A DNA stretch of 64,000 bases from Spirochaetia bacterium (GTDB taxonomy: Bacteria > Spirochaetota > Spirochaetia > DSM-16054 > Sediminispirochaetaceae), in the NCBI GenBank assembly GCA_034520965.1, contig JAXHMY010000001.1, positions 160,001 to 224,000 on the forward strand. Reading direction: 5' to 3'. Positions 49,529-58,558 of this stretch are shown here, piece by piece. Below the pieces are notes generated by a model. That model made no database searches and was not told the origin of the DNA. It was given only the letters and a program-made list of their open reading frames with translations. Position 1 is the first letter of the stretch, and each line of letters starts with the position of its first letter. The translations under genes and the position numbers were made by a program.

Positions 49529-51922
49529 TTAGGTAATCTGAGTAGAACGGCGCTTCCGGTTCTCTATTTCACGCCGTAAACCAAGATCCAATAGCTGACT
49601 TACATCGATGATCAACGCCACTGTTCCATCTCCAAGGATGGTAGCACCGGCGATACCCGGAATATTGGTGTACTTATCTTTGAGGGGCTTGATAACCACA
49701 TCCTCTTCACCGATCAAGGAGTCGACCATCAAACCCATTTTCTTCTCGCCGCTGCCAACTATAACTACATATTGGGTCTCTTTTTGGTCATTGCTCGGAA
49801 CCCCGAATAAGCGGCTTAAGCGCAAAAGTGAAACTACATCTTCACGGACATTAAAAACTTCGTAGTTGTCAATCATCTTTACATCGCCCGAATTAATGCG
49901 GTGGCTGTCCACTACCGAGGTAATCGGGATAGCATAGATTTCCTCTCCAACCCGAATCAGCAATCCCTGAATGATAGCTAGGGTAAGGGGAATTTTAATG
50001 GTAATACGGCTGCCCTCGCCTTTTTCGGACCAGACACTCACATTTCCGTTCAGTTTTTCAATCTGCTTTTTGACTACGTCTAATCCCACTCCCCGGCCGG
50101 AGAGGTTCGTTACCTGCTTGGCTGTCGAAAAGCCCGGTTCAAAGATAAGGTTAAAAGCCTCAATTTCAGTGAGCTTTTTGTTGGGATGAATCAGTCCGCG
50201 GTCTACCGCCTTCTTATGAACCGATTCAACATCGATTCCTTTTCCATCGTCCTCTACCTCTATAATGATCATGTTGCCTTCGTTACTCGCCTTCAGCATG
50301 ACATGGCCATCAACCGTTTTACCCGCAGCCTTCCGTTCTTCCGGACTCTCTACACCGTGGTCGATTGAATTACGCACACAGTGAATCAGGGGGTCCAACA
50401 GGTCTTCGATTACCGACTTATCAAGCTCGGTATCTTCACCCTCAATTTCCAGTTTTACGTTTTTGCCTATCTCCTTGGAAACATCCCGCACCAGACGGGG
50501 AAAGCGGTTGAAAATCTGGCTAATAGGAACCATTCGGATCTGCATGACTCCTTCCTGCAGATCACTGGTATTACGGCTGAGGTTTTGAGCTGTACTGTTA
50601 AACTCGTTTACCGTGTTCTTAAAGCGGGTCTCGAAGGAGTCGTACATGGTATATAAATCGCCAAAGCGTTCAATCACTTCGGCTTTGATTTTCTTTACCG
50701 AGGTACCCTCCTGAATTCGTTCAAGATACATCGGAAGACTGTCAAACAGCTCCCGCAGCTTCTCGTAGTAGACCGATTTTACAGAACTCAGTTCTCCCTG
50801 AGCATCGACAAACTTGCTGCTGATTTGATTAAAGGTCGCCTTGGTAATAACCGCCTCACTGACCATATTCAGAAGATTATCTATGCGCTTCGAGTCGACC
50901 CGCAGCACCGAACCTGAACCTCCGCTCTTTCGCAGTTCATGTTCTTTGGAGGGTTTGGGCTCGGCCTTGGCAGCCGGTGCTTCTTCTTCGGAAGTGTGCT
51001 CCTCGGGAGCTGCGGCTTGGGCCGCTTGGGCGGGTTGGGAGGGTTGAGCCTCAGCTTCGCGGGTAGCAGCCTGGGCTGGAGCCTTCTGAAAAGGTTCCGG
51101 CTGCTTTTCGACGGCTCCGGCGGCTATTTGATCGACGGTGGTTATTTGCGTATCTGAAACTACATCGGGTATGTGCACCTTACGTTCGATCGCATCTACC
51201 GGAGAATCGGTAGAAACATAGTAATATACCACCGGAAAAAATTGATCTTCGTACAGTTTTTCAAACTCAGGAACAGTTTTCAAGACCGTTCCAATATCCT
51301 TCATAGCGGCAAACACCTGAATTCCGCCAATGCTGTTCATGGGATGGTCCTCGTTGAACTCAACCATCACCTGATATACCGTCTCGCCGGTTTCCGCCGC
51401 AGCTTTTAGCTCGAGCAGATCATACTCTGACAGGGTACTTTCCCCGGAACCCGCCGCCGTTGCTTGTGCAGCTGGGGCAGGCTGTGCAGCGATAGGCTTT
51501 CCTCCCGACTGAGGAGCAACTGTGCCGCTTTGCAGCAGAGAACGCAGTTTCGACTGGAGGTCGGAAATGTCTTCGTCATAAGAACTTCCCTCCTTCTGTG
51601 CAGACAGCATTCCCTTTATCACATCGATTGAATTGAGCAGAATATCGACTACCTGCTCGCCGGCATGAACCTCGTTACTGCGGATAGCATCCAGCACATC
51701 TTCAACCAGATGGGTAAATTCAGACATTTTAGTCATCTGAACGGTAGCGGCGGCGCCTTTTAAAGTGTGGGCAGCTCGAAATATTTCGTCGATTGCATCA
51801 TGATCGCTGGGATCATTCTCGAGCACAAGAATATTCTGCTCAAGCGCATCAACCTGCATCTCGGCCTCAATAAAAAAGTCCTTTAGCAGTTCCTCGTTGT
51901 TCGGATCCAAATAGTCACTCAT
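49529..51922 (-). CDS. cheA: Chemotaxis histidine kinase (flagellar, CheA2 type)
   Basis: MSDYLDPNNEELL, RAAHTLKG, P2 domain, HCVRNSIDHG, SGRGVGLD. Confidence 0.97.
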   Translation of the reverse strand: MSDYLDPNNEELLKDFFIEAEMQVDALEQNILVLENDPSDHDAIDEIFRAAHTLKGAAATVQMTKMSEFTHLVEDVLDAIRSNEVHAGEQVVDILLNSIDVIKGMLSAQKEGSSYDEDISDLQSKLRSLLQSGTVAPQSGGKPIAAQPAPAAQATAAGSGESTLSEYDLLELKAAAETGETVYQVMVEFNEDHPMNSIGGIQVFAAMKDIGTVLKTVPEFEKLYEDQFFPVVYYYVSTDSPVDAIERKVHIPDVVSDTQITTVDQIAAGAVEKQPEPFQKAPAQAATREAEAQPSQPAQAAQAAAPEEHTSEEEAPAAKAEPKPSKEHELRKSGGSGSVLRVDSKRIDNLLNMVSEAVITKATFNQISSKFVDAQGELSSVKSVYYEKLRELFDSLPMYLERIQEGTSVKKIKAEVIERFGDLYTMYDSFETRFKNTVNEFNSTAQNLSRNTSDLQEGVMQIRMVPISQIFNRFPRLVRDVSKEIGKNVKLEIEGEDTELDKSVIEDLLDPLIHCVRNSIDHGVESPEERKAAGKTVDGHVMLKASNEGNMIIIEVEDDGKGIDVESVHKKAVDRGLIHPNKKLTEIEAFNLIFEPGFSTAKQVTNLSGRGVGLDVVKKQIEKLNGNVSVWSEKGEGSRITIKIPLTLAIIQGLLIRVGEEIYAIPITSVVDSHRINSGDVKMIDNYEVFNVREDVVSLLRLSRLFGVPSNDQKETQYVVIVGSGEKKMGLMVDSLIGEEDVVIKPLKDKYTNIPGIAGATILGDGTVALIIDVSQLLDLGLRREIENRKRRSTQIT

Positions 51923-52067
51923 TATGGCATTAATCTTCATATATAACGAACTTTAAGTCAAGTATAAACTTTACAGAGAGTCCAAAATGTCGATATTCTG
52001 AATAGAGTCTTTTTATTGAAACTACAGCGTTATGCTATACACTATTCCACATAGGAGTTTACTGGTG

Positions 52068-53245
52068 ATGAAAAAAAAGCAATTTCTCTTTATATGTCTG
52101 CTGAGTGCGGGACTAATACTGCCCGGCGCGGGATTTTCCGCCGACCTGACTATCCCGGAGTTCGAGCTGATCAGCCGCGGATACTGGCAGCAAGACAGCC
52201 TTATACTTAGAACCCGGGGCCGCACCGAGCTTCAGGTATCCGGCGGCTACAAATTCGGCGGCTCGCTGCTGCTGGGCTTTGAAAGCGAGAACCTCGGCTA
52301 TGCCGGCCGGGATACACCTGTGCTGGATGACTACCCTGATGATAGCACCTATATTTCAGCGCTCAGCGACTATATGGAAAATCAAACCACTCTGCAGTTT
52401 CAGGTGCCAGATTACCTACCGCGACCTGTTCGACACTCCTACCAGCCTTACCTATTTTGTCGGGGCGCAACGACCGCCTGGGCTCGGCAGAGGTTTTTCC
52501 AACAGAGTTTGGCTCGGCACCGATTGCCACCAGATATCAGGGCTACTTGTACTTTCCGCAAAATGAGTACCGGGGTATTCACAGCGTACATGGAACCGGT
52601 ATTGAACTGTCCAGCAGCTTCGGAACCCAGTGGAACCGCAGCTCCGTGTATCTCTACCAGGACAGCTCTTTAGGCGAAGGGAATTACTCGGTGGATGGCC
52701 GTTTTTTGTCTCACTTCGAAAAGCTTAAACTGGAGTTGTTCGGGGGTGCCTCCTTTCCGCAGAAATCCTACGGACTGTATCGCGGGGGCATACTGTTTCA
52801 CTACAGCCCGGCTGAAAGGGGGGAGTTTTTCTCTCAAATAGGCCTTCCCTATTACGATCCGGCGGAGAGCCTTAACATCAACGATTTTTACTTTTTATTT
52901 GAGCCGCGGATACACTTTGAGTATGTCAGTGTAATTTTAACACTGTTTTGGCACCCGGCTATGTATAACATGCAGCCCACCGGCGACGACGGCTCCGCGG
53001 ACATTAACTTCAACCTGCAGTTTGGCAATCCCCAGCAAAGCCCGCTCAGCGGCGGTGTTGAAACCAATTTCACCCTTGAGACGGAGGCTTCCAGTGCCCA
53101 GGATTTTAAACTGAAAGTAACCCCCTACCTGAGTGCAATCACCAGCGGGGTAATGTGGAATTTTATGATACACGTCAATCTCCTTCCCTACTCTCTTGGT
53201 GAAGATATGGTAGAAGGTATCCTAGGCGTAAAGGCGGAGTTTTAA
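52068..53245 (+). CDS. Putative outer-membrane beta-barrel protein; two frameshifts near 52403 and 52465
   Basis: Signal peptide, alternating aromatic/Gly strands, C-terminal GVKAEF; three frames join end to end. Confidence 0.6.
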
Positions 53246-53246
53246 A

Positions 53247-54107
53247 ATGAAACGATTTTTTCTAAGCATCATCGTACTAGGCGCAATAATGCAGCCCCTG
53301 TGTAGTCTGGAGGTAACAACTCTGCTGCACGGCGGGAATATCCTGTTTGACAAGGAGAAAGAGGCAGTTGAAACGTCGCTCAGCGGTACCGACTATTATT
53401 ACGGGCTAAGCGTATATGGCAATCAGCAAATCGACGAGAATATCACCCTTCATGCCGGTATCAAATATGACCCGGTATTGCGATACACCACCTATACCAC
53501 CATTGAGTTTGCCCGTGATTTTTACCAAATAGAGGTAGGTCCGTTTTTCGGCATTTTTAACTCGTGGAACCCGGTGATGAAGAGCGGCATTTCCACCTCC
53601 ATCAGGTTCGACTATCCCGGAGTTGCCTTTGCCTCTTTAAGAAGCGACAGCTCGATTGCAGCCAGATTCACCAAAGCCGGTGATTATATGCAGGAGCATA
53701 ACCAAATTTCGGTGGGCTACTACATTCCCCATGCAATCTGCTCCCTAAACCTCACTACAAAACGTTATGTAAGCCAACAGACCAAAAATCTGGAGGTGGA
53801 TGACAGCTTTACCGAGTACTCTTTTGAAGTTGATATATTTCAGAAGAATGTTCCCGTGCGGGTACTGCTTTCATTTGCCTATCAACAGCTGGAGAGGATT
53901 TATCCTAGTTCTACCAACAGCCTCAATTCGATGGTCTTCGGCACAGATTTTAGAATAGAGGTCTCCCCCAAGATAACCCTGCTCGCTCGAATCGACAGTA
54001 ACATATACTCCTTCGGAAAAGCCGGAGACGGGTCCCTGTCACTGCCCGATTCCGGAGTGGGTATGTACCTGTTCCGCAGTGAGCTGGGAGCTGAAATATA
54101 TTTTTAA
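53247..54107 (+). CDS. Putative outer-membrane beta-barrel protein
   Basis: Signal peptide, beta-strand pattern, C-terminal LGAEIYF. Confidence 0.65.
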   Translation: MKRFFLSIIVLGAIMQPLCSLEVTTLLHGGNILFDKEKEAVETSLSGTDYYYGLSVYGNQQIDENITLHAGIKYDPVLRYTTYTTIEFARDFYQIEVGPFFGIFNSWNPVMKSGISTSIRFDYPGVAFASLRSDSSIAARFTKAGDYMQEHNQISVGYYIPHAICSLNLTTKRYVSQQTKNLEVDDSFTEYSFEVDIFQKNVPVRVLLSFAYQQLERIYPSSTNSLNSMVFGTDFRIEVSPKITLLARIDSNIYSFGKAGDGSLSLPDSGVGMYLFRSELGAEIYF

Positions 54108-54178
54108 CAAAACAGGCACTTTATTAAGAGCAGATTTATGATTCCCGGGTAGAGATAACAAAAATAGCAAAAAAGATA

Positions 54179-54213
54179 GAAAAGCCCACCGTAGGATTAT
54201 ACCCACGGTGGGC
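54179..54213 (-). terminator. Intrinsic terminator of flaA
   Basis: GCCCACCGT..ACGGTGGGC stem followed by TTTTCT on the minus strand. Confidence 0.8.
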
Positions 54214-54316
54214 GGTTGAAACTGATTAAATAATAATCTAACTAAAGCTTTCAGCTAACCAAAATCAAGTAGCAAAGTCTAAAACAAGGCAATATATATA
54301 CACTTGCGATTCAGAA

Positions 54317-55294
54317 CTACTCGTTGCCGCCTGCTTGTTCTTGTTCAGCTTCATCCTGGTGAAGTTTCTGCTGTTCAAGCGCTCGCAGAACCTGCAGTTC
54401 ACCCAGTCGCTGCCATTCAGCATTCCTTCGAGAGGTTTCACGCTCTTCAAGAATACCCCACAGTGCTTCGTTATCAATCCCGCCTTCATCAGGCATAACC
54501 GCAAGATCGTAGGTCAGAGTTACATCTTTGATGTACGCAATGGTGTCTCCACCCATTTGTGATGCATCCTTGTAGATGACAAAGCCCTTCAACTTACGCA
54601 TTGGGGTGAGCTTCGGGTAAAGGGGCATGCGCCGCAATTCTCGATTGCGTACGTCATCTACGTAGTTGGGGTTTAACCACCCAAGCTCTCTCCAGCCCCT
54701 AAATTCCATGTAATCGAGGAACATATTTCGTTCATTCCCATCCTGGTCTTCCAGGATAATCCCGATTCCATTGGGGAAGTTCGAACCATAGACGTTTACC
54801 GCAACCTTTTTCAGTGCTCCTACGTTCTTTACCACACCGTAGCCCTCAAACTTGCTGCCTTCGCGATCCTGTTCATCCGCCTGCATGTAGGCAGGAATCT
54901 CAAAGGGAGGTCTGATTATGGCATAAGAGTTATAAGGTTCTTCGGGAAAGTGAACCCGAATACCCATAACATTTTCACCAGCAAACTGCTGGGCATCATC
55001 TCGTACAGGCGCTTCCTGCGTGTAGGAAAGCCGCATATTCTGTACTGTCCTAGAAGATGAAGCCAGCTGTACATCCCAATTTTCAATGGCTAGGGACGTA
55101 ACCATCAGCTCCTTTTCTTCTTCGGTGAAACCAACACCTGCTTTTTCGGAAAAGTCAACGAGAGTTGCTTCGTTATTTCCATCCTCGAGATCCGCGGTAA
55201 GAGTCGAAAAATCGATGAGAACCGATTCCTCTGCGGTAACAGAAAAACTTACCACCAAAAGCATAATACCAAGTAGAATTCCGAACCGTTTCAT
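54317..55294 (-). CDS. flaA: Flagellar filament outer layer (sheath) protein
   Basis: Signal peptide, VLIDFS, SLAIENW, MGIRVHFP, PPFEIPAY, GYGVVKNVG, NPNYV..VRNRE. Confidence 0.96.
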   Translation of the reverse strand: MKRFGILLGIMLLVVSFSVTAEESVLIDFSTLTADLEDGNNEATLVDFSEKAGVGFTEEEKELMVTSLAIENWDVQLASSSRTVQNMRLSYTQEAPVRDDAQQFAGENVMGIRVHFPEEPYNSYAIIRPPFEIPAYMQADEQDREGSKFEGYGVVKNVGALKKVAVNVYGSNFPNGIGIILEDQDGNERNMFLDYMEFRGWRELGWLNPNYVDDVRNRELRRMPLYPKLTPMRKLKGFVIYKDASQMGGDTIAYIKDVTLTYDLAVMPDEGGIDNEALWGILEERETSRRNAEWQRLGELQVLRALEQQKLHQDEAEQEQAGGNE

Positions 55295-55335
55295 CCAGTG
55301 CTCCTTTTTAAAACAGTTTACCTATTGCATTTAAA

Positions 55336-55363
55336 ATTATACGGAACCAATTTAGTTTGTCAA
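55336..55363 (-). promoter_or_regulatory. Sigma70 promoter of flaA
   Basis: TTGACA-N16-TATAAT; spirochaete flaA genes are known to use sigma70-type promoters. Confidence 0.8.
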
Positions 55364-55380
55364 CGATTTTTCTTTTTTTT

Positions 55381-55863
55381 TCATTTCGTTGAGTCCGTGT
55401 AGTCAATTTTAGGCTGTTCTCCATTTACTGTAAAGACAATTTTTTCAATTTGTGGATAATTAAAGGTAATAGTCTTACGTACACAGTCCAGAGCCTCCTC
55501 AAAAGAGAGCCGGGACTCACTTTCCTGAAATATCACGTGGATCGAAAAATCAATAAAAAGTCGATTCTCCCGCAGCATAAGGGTCTGTAAAATACTCTCC
55601 TGAGGCAGCACTGCCACAGAATTCACATCAAAAGGACCTAATATGATTTCCTTCACCAGTAGTTCAATTTCCTGCTCTGTTGTCGGTTTAGTCGGCAGCA
55701 CACGTTGCTCTCCAACACATTCTGAAGAGCGGTATTCCGGGAAAAAGAGTACCTGCCGGTGCTTATCAGTTCCATTGATCAAGAAGAGAAGCAGAGAGAC
55801 CGTGAGGCTCACCGCTAGCACTCCAACTAAAATAATTGTAATTCTATCCAGGTTTTTCACCAA
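55381..55863 (-). CDS. GerMN-domain membrane-anchored protein
   Basis: N-terminal TM, EIILGP, LFIDFS, FTVNG; position between amidase and flaA. Confidence 0.7.
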   Translation of the reverse strand: MVKNLDRITIILVGVLAVSLTVSLLLFLINGTDKHRQVLFFPEYRSSECVGEQRVLPTKPTTEQEIELLVKEIILGPFDVNSVAVLPQESILQTLMLRENRLFIDFSIHVIFQESESRLSFEEALDCVRKTITFNYPQIEKIVFTVNGEQPKIDYTDSTK

Positions 55864-56910
55864 TTACTCCCGTACGGAGGGGTTTTCGAAGTGTTCGATA
55901 AATCCGTGAACGCCATTATAGATGCCTTCTGCGATTTTCTTCAAGTGAGCTGCACTGCGCATTTTAAAAGCTTCCGCCCGATTTGTCACAAAGCCGATTT
56001 CCACCAACACCGAGGGCATCTTTGCATCTCGGACTACAAACCAGGTCTCTTCCTTTAAGCCCCGATTCACGTGTAAATTCCCAACCGAGGCATCCAGATT
56101 GTCCAGAATTTTTTGAGCCAGTAGGATACTTTCAACTGTGTACTCCTCTTCAAGCATCGTATTTAGGATTGGAGCTACTTCTCGGGCTGATTCATCCAAA
56201 GTAGCCGGGTCGATCAGCTTCCGGCGGTAATCTGTGGGCAGATACCATACCTCAAAGCCTTCGGCCTTGCTATTTAGGGAAGCGTTCGCATGAATTGAAA
56301 TGAAAATCATCGACTCACGTTGGTCAAGTTCAACTCCATTTGCTATCTGGGTACGCTCCTCCAGGGTCAAATACACATCATTCTCACGGGTCAGAACAAT
56401 ATTCTTATCAGGGTATCGGCTGTGAAGACGATCTGAAAGTTGACGGGCTACCTCCAGCACAAGATCTTTCTCCATTATCACCACTTTATCACCTTTTTCC
56501 TCGAAGCGACCAAGCGCTCCGGAGTCCTTCCCGCCATGGCCGGCATCAATGATTATAGTGGAAATGTAATGCTGATTTTCCTTTTGTGTGTAAAGGCCTA
56601 AAGTTTCGATTATATATGAAGCATCTTCTGAAGAAAACCAGATATCCCCGGACTCACCCCGCTGGGGAGGTTCTATTGATTCAAAGGAGTTGTAATTAAC
56701 CAGCAGAAACGCAGAACCGAGACTATACACCAAGCTGGTCTCACCCTTTTCGATACTACCCATCTGCCGCATCGGGTCCCAGACCAGTTGAGCTCCGGTT
56801 TTGCTGCGAATCTCTTTCAGTGCCACTCCAGGCTCACCCCACAGAGGCAGTAAAATACCCAATAGAAGTCCTATAAAAAATATGTTAGAAAACCTCTTCA
56901 GGTGTATCAC
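55864..56910 (-). CDS. N-acetylmuramoyl-L-alanine amidase (Amidase_3)
   Basis: IDAGHGGKD, EKD, FISIHANA, MPSVLVEIGF. Confidence 0.95.
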   Translation of the reverse strand: MIHLKRFSNIFFIGLLLGILLPLWGEPGVALKEIRSKTGAQLVWDPMRQMGSIEKGETSLVYSLGSAFLLVNYNSFESIEPPQRGESGDIWFSSEDASYIIETLGLYTQKENQHYISTIIIDAGHGGKDSGALGRFEEKGDKVVIMEKDLVLEVARQLSDRLHSRYPDKNIVLTRENDVYLTLEERTQIANGVELDQRESMIFISIHANASLNSKAEGFEVWYLPTDYRRKLIDPATLDESAREVAPILNTMLEEEYTVESILLAQKILDNLDASVGNLHVNRGLKEETWFVVRDAKMPSVLVEIGFVTNRAEAFKMRSAAHLKKIAEGIYNGVHGFIEHFENPSVRE

Positions 56911-58558
56911 TATTCAGCTCCGTAAATACAATCTCTATCGGCTGCGAGCGGAGAACCGCCTGCCGAATGCTTTCAAGCAGCCACACTGCCCCTTGGATAC
57001 CCCCACGCAGAAAGGCGTTCCAGAGTATCGCTCCTACCACTATATCGGCATATTTCTCTTGCTCCGCAAGCTGTACCCGGCTCAGCTTAATGACTTTATT
57101 CCAGGCTTCTTCGAAACCCTGGCCATGCCAGTCTTTGGAGCTTTCCGCTGCAATATTGGGAAGGGTACACACCGCGATTGAAGGCTCCTTCGGTGAAGAG
57201 AGCTGCTCATAACTGCGGCGAAGGTCTTTGTAATCCGGCATAGCTGCAAAAACTCGCTTATTTTCCCGGTTTTCAACAACAAAAGCATCCGGAATCCAGG
57301 CTTCTTTTTGCTGAAACAGAAAGCGACGGGTTACAGAATGATTGGGTTGCAGGCGGACAAATACAGTTCGACAGGCGGCTTCGGCCGCATCGACTGCGGC
57401 GCTGCGTTCAGGGGCCGCACTGATAAAATTCCCGCTTTTCTCGACGTTATTAGTAGGAAAGTCAACCTTATCACCCGGAGAAACCCGAATAAACATCTCC
57501 TCTATCCATTTGATAGAACGAGCATGATCGCTGTTCTCAACACTGTCCACTATTCCGGGTATAGATATAAAGGCCCGTTCAGCGGATACCCAGTCTCGAG
57601 TGGGCCCCAGAGTCTGGGGCTGAAGCCCCACCGCCAGCTGAAGTGCATTTCCGGTCAGCTCAACCCCGCTGGAATAGGGGTACGTCCAGCCGGACATATA
57701 GCCCCCGGACAAACGAGCGGCAACCTCGCCTATCACCGCCCTCCGGCCGTCCCACTTTACATCGCCCTTTGCCGCACCGTTGCGAATTCTTAATGCCCGT
57801 ACAGCGTGTATAAAGACCTCTTTCACGGCCTCAAGTACATTTTCGTCACAGTTCGACGGTATAGTATGACCCATTTCAATAAAATAGGGAGGAAAGTAAA
57901 TGTGCCGGTCTGCAATTCCGGTACACACTACCTCATCCCCCAGAGCCAACGCATCTATACTAAACTCCTGCCCCTTGACGTACTCCTCTACAATGACAAC
58001 CCCGGTTCGGGAGAACCGGCGCGCCCGGTCGACTGCAGTCTGATACTCATCGAGGGTATCTACCCGGCGAATTCCGCGGGCCCCCATATTATCAACCGGC
58101 TTCACTACCACCGGAAGCTTGAGGTTCTCCAGCGCTGCATCCACTTCACCACCGGCGGGAAGCTTTGCAAAACGGGGGGACGGAACTCCGGCAGCCGCAA
58201 ACACCGTCCGCATTCTATCCTTGTGGCTGGCGTTAAGAGCTACCTCCGGCTCTATTCCTGGCAGCTGCAAGGCCTTGGCCACACTTGCCACGGTATAAGA
58301 AAAATCGGTACCCGCAGTAAACACTCCATGCAATTTTTCGTCTTTATGTATCTTTCCGGCCGCCTCGACCATCCCCTCGATATCAGTCAGATCAACCGGC
58401 ACAAAATGATCGGCAAGTTCGGCACCGGGAGCCTTCGGATTCCCATCGGCAACGTATACTTCCCAGCCCTGCCCCCTTGCCCAGCGCAGGGCCGGCAGCT
58501 GCATAACCCCGGCGCCCAAAATGAGAACTCGTTTTGCATCTTCAGTCTGTCCGTTCAT
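56885..58558 (-). CDS. ATP-grasp domain ligase
   Basis: LILGAGVMQ, PVVVKPVDNMGARG, IVEEYVKGQEFSID, EVAARLSG. Confidence 0.88.
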   Translation of the reverse strand: MNGQTEDAKRVLILGAGVMQLPALRWARGQGWEVYVADGNPKAPGAELADHFVPVDLTDIEGMVEAAGKIHKDEKLHGVFTAGTDFSYTVASVAKALQLPGIEPEVALNASHKDRMRTVFAAAGVPSPRFAKLPAGGEVDAALENLKLPVVVKPVDNMGARGIRRVDTLDEYQTAVDRARRFSRTGVVIVEEYVKGQEFSIDALALGDEVVCTGIADRHIYFPPYFIEMGHTIPSNCDENVLEAVKEVFIHAVRALRIRNGAAKGDVKWDGRRAVIGEVAARLSGGYMSGWTYPYSSGVELTGNALQLAVGLQPQTLGPTRDWVSAERAFISIPGIVDSVENSDHARSIKWIEEMFIRVSPGDKVDFPTNNVEKSGNFISAAPERSAAVDAAEAACRTVFVRLQPNHSVTRRFLFQQKEAWIPDAFVVENRENKRVFAAMPDYKDLRRSYEQLSSPKEPSIAVCTLPNIAAESSKDWHGQGFEEAWNKVIKLSRVQLAEQEKYADIVVGAILWNAFLRGGIQGAVWLLESIRQAVLRSQPIEIVFTELNSDTPEEVF

